Shown one piece after another: positions 18,450 through 26,244 of a DNA stretch of 61,771 nt. The position numbers and the translations under genes are program-made. Source of the stretch: Phycisphaerae bacterium (GTDB taxonomy: Bacteria; Planctomycetota; Phycisphaerae; UBA1845). The stretch spans positions 1 to 61,771 of the forward strand of contig JAFGJQ010000043.1 in assembly GCA_016929015.1 (NCBI GenBank), written 5' to 3'. The notes beneath the pieces were generated by a model, which was not told where the DNA came from, searched no databases, and saw nothing but the letters and a program-made list of their open reading frames with translations. Numbering within the stretch: the first letter of the stretch is position 1; each line of letters begins with the position of its first letter.

Positions 18450-18978
18450 TCGTCGACCGCCCAATCTCGTATTGATCGGCTATCGCGGGTCGGGCAAGAC
18501 CACGGTGGGCCGGGCCGTGGCCGACCGGCTGGGTTTTCGGCTGGTGGACACGGATGCGCTCATCGTATCCGAGGCGGGGATGCCGATCGCGACGATTTTT
18601 GAGCAGGAGGGTGAATCGGGCTTCCGCGAGCGAGAGGCCCGCGTTGTGCGGGCCGTGATGGAGGGTGAGGGGCAGGTGGCCAGCATGGGTGGGGGCGCGG
18701 TTCTGCGGGACGACAGTGTAGCCTGCATGAGGGCGCGGGGATTCGTGGTGTGGCTGACCGCTCCGACCGAGTTGTTGTGGCGGCGGATTCAGGCGGATGC
18801 CGCGACGGCCGCTAACCGGCCGGCCCTTACGTCACTTCCGGGAATCGAGGAGGTGCGTGCGGTGCTGGCTGCCCGCACGCCGCGATACCGCGCGGCGGCG
18901 CATGTCGAGGTGGATGCCACGGCGGAGTTGGAGTCCGTGGTGGATGCAGTGCTGGCCGCCTACGGCTCGTCGTCTTGA
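18442..18978 (+). CDS. aroK: shikimate kinase
   Basis: LIGYRGSGKTTVGRAVADRLGFRLVDTDALI...FREREA. It overlaps aroDE by 8 nt, suggesting translational coupling. Confidence 0.9.
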   Translation: MADRRPPNLVLIGYRGSGKTTVGRAVADRLGFRLVDTDALIVSEAGMPIATIFEQEGESGFREREARVVRAVMEGEGQVASMGGGAVLRDDSVACMRARGFVVWLTAPTELLWRRIQADAATAANRPALTSLPGIEEVRAVLAARTPRYRAAAHVEVDATAELESVVDAVLAAYGSSS

Positions 18979-19739
18979 GCGGGCGGTGTCGCGTCGGTTT
19001 CAGGTTCCTTGCTTTCCAGGGGGTTTTCAAAGCCCTTGCGTTCGCAGAGGGCGTTGATCAGCGGGGTGAAATCCCGAATCCAGTAGTCGTCCAGGCGGAC
19101 CGTGGCGTCCTGTTCGTCGCGGACGTACAGAAGCTCCACCCTGCCCTTGTCACGATAGCGGGCGGCATCCAGCCCGGTCATTGCCTCGAACGGGATCAGC
19201 GGCTTGCCGCTGACTTTCAGGCCCTGGTCGTCCAGCCGCACGGAGTACGTCAGGACGCGGAGGTAGTGCACAATCAGGGGAATGCCGAGTATCGCGAGAA
19301 CGAGGGCCAGGATCTTCTGGGTGTCGATGTCCAGTTCGGTCTTGTACGCAGCCGTCGCCCGGTGGATGCTACCGCGGGGGATGACGTTTTCGCCGATGGT
19401 GGTGACCTTCATGGCGACGGCCGGTCCGAACCAGTACGAGGAGAGTCCGTCGTCGCTCGTGTAGTCCGGCTCGCCGAGTACCTCCTTGACTTTCTTCAGG
19501 CTGGTGAGCTTGTCGGCCTCGATTCGTCCGGTGTTCTTGACGGTGACCCGCCCGTTGATGGGCGGGTGTTCCAGGGGCACCATTTCGGGCCGGCTTTTGC
19601 GGATCTGGTCGAGGTTTTTCCGGGGATAGCCGATGTAGCCGTCATAGGCGAAGTATGCGCCGAACACGACGATCATGCCCACAAAAATGCCCTTACGGAT
19701 GATCTGTTCGAGTGTCACCTTGGATCGGATTTCAGCCAT
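18960..19739 (-). CDS. hypothetical 2-TM membrane protein
   Basis: Long ORF with clean coding-like composition and two hydrophobic helices (GIFVGMIVVFGAYFAY; ILALVLAILGIPLIVHYL). No family recognised. Confidence 0.55.
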   Translation of the reverse strand: MAEIRSKVTLEQIIRKGIFVGMIVVFGAYFAYDGYIGYPRKNLDQIRKSRPEMVPLEHPPINGRVTVKNTGRIEADKLTSLKKVKEVLGEPDYTSDDGLSSYWFGPAVAMKVTTIGENVIPRGSIHRATAAYKTELDIDTQKILALVLAILGIPLIVHYLRVLTYSVRLDDQGLKVSGKPLIPFEAMTGLDAARYRDKGRVELLYVRDEQDATVRLDDYWIRDFTPLINALCERKGFENPLESKEPETDATPPAQDDEP

Positions 19740-19974
19740 CGGGCGCTACCCCATCATAGAAGACATGGACCTGTTGCCTGCCCGCGATCGGGCACCGGCA
19801 CCCGAAGCCGGCGCTTACATGGTTCCCGGTCTTGTGGCTTTTTTCAAGGGGTTCGGCCGGATACGGTGTTTGCCCTGTCCTGCGTGCAGTTGAAACCGGC
19901 GCCGGATACGGCAATAATCCATTGCGGGACGGGCGATTGCGACCCGCCGCCTCGTGTGGGAAGCGAGCTCATTG

Positions 19975-20730
19975 ATGAACAACCATCTGGGCGCGGTGTG
20001 CGATGAGTTCTACGTCAACTCCCGCCTTCATCTGAAGATCGAAGTGATGCCGGAGCCGGAGCCGGTGTTGCGCTTTCTCGAGCGGATCTCGAAATCCTTT
20101 CCGACCATGCGCAAGTTGCGGCAGCGGGAGGACGGCGGGGTCGTGCTGGAGGAGAGCGTCCACCCCCGGTCGCCGCGTCGCTGGCTTCGGCTGGACCCGA
20201 CGAGCCTGCGGTTCGGGTACTACGCCATTCCGGACATGGCGGAGATTCGGACCATGGCCGACGTGATTCTGGAGCACGCGCCGTATTACCTGAACTTCAG
20301 CGAGCTGAACTACGACCACCTGGACGTGACGTACGGCTTTGACCTGGATTTTCGCGGGAACCATGACCAGCTTCTGGCGGAAACGTTCTGGACGGACCAC
20401 CCGTTTGCCGGGCTGCTGCTGGGAGAAGAGGCGGTCCACGTGATCGAGAGCCAGCCGTACCTGGGCATCGCCCTGACGCAGGAATGCGACCTGCAGGCGT
20501 ACGCGGAGATCCGGTCACGCAGCTCCACCTATGAGGTTCGGGCGGGCGACTTCGATCCAGGCCCCATCAGTGTCTATCTGACCGTGCGGCAATATTGGGG
20601 CTTCGAGGAACCCACATCGCCGGTGGATACGCACCGCAAGCTGGTCGAGATTGCGGACGATCTGGCGGGCGGCCGCGTGGTGCCGATCCTCGTGAATCCC
20701 CTGGCCCAGGCCATTGCCGGCCGGCGGTGA
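19975..20730 (+). CDS. hypothetical cytoplasmic protein
   Basis: ORF 19954..20730 (GTG) with the first ATG at 19975. Non-repetitive, balanced amino-acid composition. No motif recognised. Confidence 0.55.
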   Translation: MNNHLGAVCDEFYVNSRLHLKIEVMPEPEPVLRFLERISKSFPTMRKLRQREDGGVVLEESVHPRSPRRWLRLDPTSLRFGYYAIPDMAEIRTMADVILEHAPYYLNFSELNYDHLDVTYGFDLDFRGNHDQLLAETFWTDHPFAGLLLGEEAVHVIESQPYLGIALTQECDLQAYAEIRSRSSTYEVRAGDFDPGPISVYLTVRQYWGFEEPTSPVDTHRKLVEIADDLAGGRVVPILVNPLAQAIAGRR

Positions 20731-20740
20731 ATCGGCAGTT

Positions 20741-20789
20741 AGGCTGTGGACTGTAGACTGTGGGCTGTAGGTCGCCCCGGCGACTCGCT
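20741..20789. repeat. REP-like element (ggctgtggactgtagactgtgggctgtag + gtcgccccggcgac hairpin)
   Basis: A near-identical reverse-complement copy lies at 61689-61731 (agcgagtcgccggggcgacctacagtctacagtccacagcc). Confidence 0.8.
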
Positions 20790-20952
20790 CTGGCCGGGTG
20801 CCATGCCCGTAGGCTTCAGCCTCGGGCATGTCCGCTGGGCCGAGATTCCCATCCCGGCCCTCGACCGCATCCGCGCTTGATCTGTGCGCATCCTTCCGGC
20901 AGAATCCACCGTCTGGCGACCTTCGGACCCGTCCTGCGTTGAGAACGACCGG

Positions 20953-22440
20953 ATGAGCGACGGCGGCATCACATCCCGCGTGCTGGTGGGCATGGAAATC
21001 CACGTGCAGTTGGCCACGCGGACGAAGCTCTTCTGCAGCTGCGCGGTCGAGTTTGCGGCGGTGCCCAACAGCCGGGTCTGTCCGGTCTGCGCCGGGATGC
21101 CGGGCGTGCTGCCGGTGCTGAACCGGCAGGCGGTCGAGTTTTCCATTGCGGTGGGGCTGGCCCTGAACTGCCGCATCGCTCCGTTCACCAAGTGGGACCG
21201 CAAGAGCTATTATTACCCCGACCTGCCGAAAAACTACCAGATCAGCCAGTACGACCTGCCGCTGGCGGCCGACGGGTACTTCGACGTGAACGTCGATGGC
21301 GAGACTCAGCGCGTGCGCATCCGCCGCGCCCACCTGGAAGAGGACGCCGGCAAGAACATCCACGACACGCCGGGCTGCACGCTGGTGGACCTGAACCGGG
21401 CGGGGACGCCGCTGCTGGAGATCGTGACGGAGCCGGACATTCACTCGGCCGAGCAGGCTTACGCGTTCGCCACGGAGCTCCAGCGGCTGGTGACGTACCT
21501 GGGCGTCAGTGAAGGCAGCATGCAGAAGGGCCAGATGCGCTTCGAGCCCAACGTGAACATGATCATCACGCGGGACGGCGAGGAATACCGCACGCCCATC
21601 AGCGAGGTGAAAAACCTCAACAGCTTTCGCAGCGTGCGCGACGCCATCGCCTACGAGGCCCGCCGACAGGTCCAGGAGTGGCAGCGCGACAACGGCTACG
21701 TGCTCGGCAAGCGTCCGAACGAAAACCGCGGCTGGCTGGACGACCGCGGCGTGACGGAATTCCAGCGCGGCAAAGAGGCCGCCCACGACTACCGCTACTT
21801 CCCCGACCCGGACCTGGTGCCCGTGGAAATCGACGCGGCCTGGCTGGATCGCGTGCGCGGGCAGATGCCCGAGCTGCCCCGGCCACGGCAGGCTCGGCTG
21901 GAGAAGGAGCTGGGGCTTTCGCCGAAAGACGCGGAGATCATTGTGACGGACCGCGCGACGGCAGACTTGTTCGAGGCTGCCGTGGCGGCGGGCGGGCCGC
22001 CCGACGTGCTCGCCCGGCAGTTCGTCAACGTATGGTCCGCGCTGGCCAACGAGCGCGGTGTGGCGGTGGCCGGTTTGCAGGTGGACGCAGCCCGCATGGG
22101 TCGCCTGGCGCGGCTCACCACGGACGGCACCGTCAGCGCCACTGCGGCCAAGCAGATTGCAGAGCGGATGCTCGAATCTCCGGACGAACCGGCCACCCTG
22201 GCGGAATCCCTCGGCCTGGTGCAGGTGCAGGATGCGGACCAGACTGCCGCGTGGGTCGCCCAGGCATTCGCGGAAAACGAGCGGGCCGTCCGCGACGCCG
22301 CCGCCAATCCCAAGAAGGCTCAGAAGGCGGCAGGTTTCCTTCGCGGCCAGGTGATGCGCATCTCCGGCGGCAAGGCCGACCCTCGCCTGGTGGGCAAGCT
22401 CATCGAGGAGCGACTGGCCGAGTTGAGAACGGAGGATTGA
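20953..22440 (+). CDS. gatB: Asp/Glu-tRNA(Asn/Gln) amidotransferase subunit B
   Basis: VGMEIHVQLATRTKLFCSC...CPVCAGMPGVLPVLN...DRKSYYYPDLPKNYQISQ...RAHLEEDAGK...GSMQKGQMRFEPNV. The start is an internal ATG of track ORF 20884..22440. Confidence 0.92.
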   Translation: MSDGGITSRVLVGMEIHVQLATRTKLFCSCAVEFAAVPNSRVCPVCAGMPGVLPVLNRQAVEFSIAVGLALNCRIAPFTKWDRKSYYYPDLPKNYQISQYDLPLAADGYFDVNVDGETQRVRIRRAHLEEDAGKNIHDTPGCTLVDLNRAGTPLLEIVTEPDIHSAEQAYAFATELQRLVTYLGVSEGSMQKGQMRFEPNVNMIITRDGEEYRTPISEVKNLNSFRSVRDAIAYEARRQVQEWQRDNGYVLGKRPNENRGWLDDRGVTEFQRGKEAAHDYRYFPDPDLVPVEIDAAWLDRVRGQMPELPRPRQARLEKELGLSPKDAEIIVTDRATADLFEAAVAAGGPPDVLARQFVNVWSALANERGVAVAGLQVDAARMGRLARLTTDGTVSATAAKQIAERMLESPDEPATLAESLGLVQVQDADQTAAWVAQAFAENERAVRDAAANPKKAQKAAGFLRGQVMRISGGKADPRLVGKLIEERLAELRTED

Positions 22441-22937
22441 GAAGGGTGTACCTCGCCAAGCGCGCCAGCGCAGAATCCCATAACACAGGCACGTGGTAAC
22501 GAATCTTGTGCGGCATACGCGCGATCCGTAGCCGGACCACTGGCGGCTGCGCGGAACGGTCGGCCTTTTGGCAAGGGCCTGGTCGGTGCTGACGTAGCCG
22601 GTGGGTTTCGGCTCGGAGTGTGCTGCGCAAAGAGGAGACGCGGATTCTCGGGATCGGGGTAGGCGCAGGGGGGGGGCGCTGGTATACTGCGCGGGAGTGC
22701 TCGGCTGAGGGCGGGGAGCGACTCCCGCAAGTTCGACAGCCTTCCGCCGAGCGACGCAGGTTGAGTATCCCAGCGCGCGAGAGAGAGAAAGGTTCTCCTC
22801 CGCGCGTTTTTTCATGGACGGACGGTCCGGTCGGCGGGTGGCGACTGGCAGGCGACAATCGCCGTGCCTGCAGCGCTCGCCGAACACGAGGGCAATTCCA
22901 GACAAGTGACACTTCTACGGTAAGGAGGACTAGGGGC

Positions 22938-23969
22938 ATGAACATCTCCAAGACAGTTATGTCGGTTGCCGTGTTGATCGGTCTTGTCGCCGGCGCCGCT
23001 TCGGCGAGCATCGTGATCGACACCGTGCCGGTGGGCAATCCGGGCAACGCCGGAGAGCTATCAGGCGAGGGCGCGGGCGGCTTAGGCCAGGATCGTATAT
23101 GCGGCGCGGTGGACTATACGTACAACATCGGCAAGTACGAGGTGACGGCGGGGCAATACACGGCGTTCCTGAACGCCGTGGCGGGCGTGGACACATATGC
23201 CCTCTACAACACGACTATGTCTGAGACCCCCGCCGGCAGCGGTATCACGCGAAGCGGCGGTGGCACTGTGGGCGACCCTTACACGTACACGGTGGCGTCG
23301 TCTCACGTCAACCGCCCGGTGAACTGCGTATCATGGGGTGATGCGGCGAGGTTCGCCAACTGGCTGCACAACGGCCAGCCGACGGGTGGGCAGGATGCTT
23401 CGACCACGGAGCGTGGCGCGTACACGCTCGATGGCGCTACGAGTGATGCGGCCTTGTTGGCCGTGAACCGAAACAGCAACTGGAAGTGGGCCATCACGAG
23501 CGAGGATGAGTGGTATAAGGCGGCGTTTCACAAGAACGACGGCGTGACGGGCAGCTACTGGGACTACCCGACCAGCAGCGATAGCAGGCCAGGCCGCGAC
23601 CTGAGCGATGTCTCCGGCAACAACGCCAACCACAACGGGACTCCGTATCCGATCCAATCGCCGTACTATACGACAGTTGCGGGCCAGTTCCACAACTCCG
23701 CCAGCCCCTACGGCACGTTCGACCAGTGCGGCAACGTGTCGGAGTGGAATGAGTCTACGCTTTGGGGTTTGTATCGTTGTCTGCGGGGCGGGGCGTTCCA
23801 CAGCCCCACCCGCCACCTGCGTGCGTCGGCTCGCGACCCCTACGACACCCCGACGAACGAGGCCACCGGCATCGGGTTCCGCGTCTCCGCGGTTCCTGAG
23901 CCAACTTCCCTGGCGCTACTGGCGTTGGGCGGGATCGTGCTGGCCAGGCGAAGGGGGCTGGGAAGATAG
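22938..23969 (+). CDS. FGE-sulfatase/SUMF1 (C-type-lectin fold) domain protein with PEP-CTERM anchor
   Basis: AAGGAGGA RBS at 22922-22929. Signal peptide MNISKTVMSVAVLIGLVAGAASA. SUMF1 markers: YNIGKYEVTAGQYTAFLNAV, VNCVSWGDAARFANWL, GNVSEWNES, RGGAF, GFRVS. C-terminal VPEPTSLALLALGGIVLARRR is a PEP-CTERM motif. Confidence 0.85.
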   Translation: MNISKTVMSVAVLIGLVAGAASASIVIDTVPVGNPGNAGELSGEGAGGLGQDRICGAVDYTYNIGKYEVTAGQYTAFLNAVAGVDTYALYNTTMSETPAGSGITRSGGGTVGDPYTYTVASSHVNRPVNCVSWGDAARFANWLHNGQPTGGQDASTTERGAYTLDGATSDAALLAVNRNSNWKWAITSEDEWYKAAFHKNDGVTGSYWDYPTSSDSRPGRDLSDVSGNNANHNGTPYPIQSPYYTTVAGQFHNSASPYGTFDQCGNVSEWNESTLWGLYRCLRGGAFHSPTRHLRASARDPYDTPTNEATGIGFRVSAVPEPTSLALLALGGIVLARRRGLGR

Positions 23970-24004
23970 CTCTTTTCCCTCTGGCCCTCTTTCTCTTCAT
24001 CCTT

Positions 24005-24034
24005 CGCCGCCGTAGGCGGCGCGCGAGTTTTTTT
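24005..24034 (+). terminator. candidate intrinsic terminator of the FGE/PEP-CTERM gene
   Basis: Stem cgccgcc-gta-ggcggcg (24005-24021), then cgcgag and a T7 run (24028-34). The 6-nt gap between stem and T run is not ideal. Confidence 0.45.
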
Positions 24035-24039
24035 GAGCC

Positions 24040-24180
24040 GTGCGTGCGCGCCGCATCAGCGGAGATTCTCGCAACGAACCGCCCGTTCTGCTGGTCAAAT
24101 GGTACGACGTGACCAAATGGCTGCTGGAGCGGGTGGACAGCTTCCCCAAGAACCAGCGGAGTATATTCAGCCAGCGAGGG
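24040..24180 (+). pseudogene. 5' fragment (47 codons) of an Avd-like (DGR accessory, four-helix-bundle) gene
   Basis: ...EPPVLLVKWYDVTKWLLERVDSFPKNQRSIFSQRG fits the N-terminal pattern I recall for Avd proteins (LPxxxKxYDxxxWxxxxxxxFPKxxRFTLGxRI). Protein-like sequence stops at 24180, where a hairpin-repeat cluster begins. Confidence 0.4.
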
Positions 24181-24201
24181 TCAAGCGTTGTCGGTGTGTT
24201 T

Positions 24202-24482
24202 GCCCGTTTCAACGGGTATTCCCGCCGCAGGCGGGCCAATGGGCCAGCCCTTGTAGGGCTGGTTGGCGGAGGCAGACGTTCCCTTCCCCTCTCCGAATCG
24301 GAGCCCGTTTCAACGGGCTTCCACCGTTCTGATCCAGGCCGCGGCGGGTGGTGAGGAGAGAGAAGCCCGTTGAAACGGGCTCGCTCTGTCGTTGACGAAG
24401 ATATGATGATCTTCGCCCGCGAACCAGTCCTCAAAGGACTGGCCTGAAGCCCGCCTGCGGCGGGAAAGCCCCGTGAACGGGG
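24202..24482. repeat. cluster of eight short GC hairpins (REP-like)
   Basis: cccgtt-tc-aacggg 24203; cccgcc-gca-ggcggg 24221; agccc-ttgta-gggct 24246; gcccgtt-tc-aacgggc 24303; gcccgtt-ga-aacgggc 24365; cagtcc-tcaaa-ggactg 24425; cccgcc-tgc-ggcggg 24450; ccccg-tgaa-cgggg 24469. Confidence 0.8.
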
Positions 24483-24731
24483 CTGGCGCCACGGGGCGGG
24501 TCGTTCAACATCAGCGACCCGAGGCATCGGGAGTTCCCTGACAGCTTCACCCCCGGACGCCGCGGGCCGGGTCGGTCAGCAGCAACGACACCATGTCGTA
24601 TCGCGGCTTGGGGGGTGGGTCGTCCAACGGCAGCGGGAACCGAGTTACACCCAATTGAGAATATGCAACAGGCCGCGCAGAGTGAGAGGCTTCTTCCATT
24701 CTCCATTCGCCATTCTTCATTTGCCATTTCT

Positions 24732-25982
24732 TCAGGGATACAGGCTTTCGAACAGCGTCTCGAACGAGGCGGGGTACGGCACCTCGATGCTGGAGTACCA
24801 GGTGCCGCTGTTGTAGAGGTCGCTGATGTCCTCGCCCTCGTAGGCGGCGATGCGAATGTCGGGGCGCCGGTCAAGCTTGAACGGGCCCTCCAGTTTCCCG
24901 CGGGGCAGACGCTGGCCGTTCTCGTCAAAGGCGATAATGACTTCCGGCAACAGCGAAAACCGCTCTCCGAAGCGGACGACCACGCCGTACCGCCCGCAGG
25001 CCAGGCGAACCTTCGCGCCGATAGGGAAGGGCTGGACCACGCTGCCGAAGATCTTGAGCACCACCGGATCGTAGAACTGGGCGTAGGGTCCGACGGTCAT
25101 CTCCCACAGCGCTCGCGGCGCCGACTTCGCCTCGCGGAAGACGCGCCGGCTGGTGGCGGCGTCAAAGGCGTCGGCGATGCGCAAAATGCGGGCGAACAGC
25201 GGAATCGCCTCACCGGTCAGGCCGCCGGGATACCCCGTGCCGTCCATGTTTTCGTGGTGGCGCAGAATGATCTCCGCGACGGCTTCCGGCGTGTCGGGCG
25301 GCAGAGTGGCGGCGCTGGCGGCCGGGTGCTCCGCAACAATCTGCCGTTCCTCCGCGGAGAGCGGGCCGGGGTGTTCGAACACCTTTTCCAGCGGCCACAA
25401 CGCCACGTCCATGAATAGGGCGGCCAGACCCAGTGGGGTCAGGTTCACGGGAAAACGGGCGCGGCTGTAGCTGCGCAGGCTGCTCCGCCGGGCGAGGTCG
25501 TGCTGGGCGAGCCCCCGAACGGCGTTGCCGACAACCAGGCTCAGGTAGAAGACGTTGGCCGGATGCTCGATGAGGTAGCCGCCGTCCTTGCCCGAGGGCA
25601 TGACCATTGCGGTCGCGTCCGGATGCTGCTGCAGGTACTGCGTGATGTATGCGAGGGCCTCATGCACGCCGCGCAGCGACATGCCTCGCAGGGACATGCG
25701 TGACGCAAACTTCTCCCGGACGCCGGACAGGGCGTCCACCAGCTTCTCGCGGGCGGCCAGGGCCACCGTGCTGTCGCGAGAGTCGTCCTGGAAACGGGCC
25801 CACTCATCCAGCACGGGGTCCAGGATGTAAATGTTCGCCCGAGGGTACTGCTTGCGCAGGTTGTCAATCTCAGCCGGATTGAGCACGCGGCCCGCGGGCA
25901 GCAGGACGCGACGGTCACAGATGACCGGTTTGGCCAGCCGCATGCCGGCTTCGAGTTCGCTAGGTTGCAGGTAGAGCGGCAT
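24732..25982 (-). CDS. HD-GYP-domain protein (c-di-GMP phosphodiesterase family) with DUF3391-like N-terminus; HD dyad reads MD
   Basis: Start at MPLYLQPSELEAGMRLAKPV (internal ATG of track ORF 24732..26372). Domain markers: EHPAASAATL, ILRHHENMDGTGYPGGL, ARILRIADAFDAATS. The expected LHDIGK is LFMDVAL. Confidence 0.8.
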   Translation of the reverse strand: MPLYLQPSELEAGMRLAKPVICDRRVLLPAGRVLNPAEIDNLRKQYPRANIYILDPVLDEWARFQDDSRDSTVALAAREKLVDALSGVREKFASRMSLRGMSLRGVHEALAYITQYLQQHPDATAMVMPSGKDGGYLIEHPANVFYLSLVVGNAVRGLAQHDLARRSSLRSYSRARFPVNLTPLGLAALFMDVALWPLEKVFEHPGPLSAEERQIVAEHPAASAATLPPDTPEAVAEIILRHHENMDGTGYPGGLTGEAIPLFARILRIADAFDAATSRRVFREAKSAPRALWEMTVGPYAQFYDPVVLKIFGSVVQPFPIGAKVRLACGRYGVVVRFGERFSLLPEVIIAFDENGQRLPRGKLEGPFKLDRRPDIRIAAYEGEDISDLYNSGTWYSSIEVPYPASFETLFESLYP

Positions 25983-26244
25983 CGACAAACCCCGCGGACA
26001 CGTGCGGCGCGGCCGGTCGGCGCAGGATGACCGGCCGGGCACTCTCCGGCCGCCTCCGCGGCCGGGTCCACTGCTATCCCTATCGGGCAAAGAGACCGAC
26101 CGGACGATTTCGGCGGGGAGGGGCCGATAATCGGGACGCAGGGGTCGAGGGATCCAAGGCGCGCAGGTCGGGGGGCGGGGCGCTGCGCGCGCATCACCAG
26201 CCTTGGTGCGCCGCCCGCACGCGCACCCCCGCGGAGGCGTCAGC

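Noticed and set aside
20515-22905. 796-aa minus-strand ORF
   Set aside because: It is antisense to gatB, which has unmistakable conserved motifs. Its composition is Arg/Ala/Gly-dominated, typical of the GC-rich shadow frame.
23745-23885. Active DGR variable region with a template repeat in the window
   Set aside because: I scanned the window by eye for a second copy of this segment. Only a 9-nt coincidence (ggcatcggg at 24521-24529) was found, and there is no reverse-transcriptase ORF. Only the relic hypothesis was kept.
24181-24354. Continuation of ORF 24040-24354 beyond codon 47
   Set aside because: The sequence is made entirely of hairpin repeats (ARFNGYSRRRRANGPALVG...). Only the first 47 codons look protein-like.
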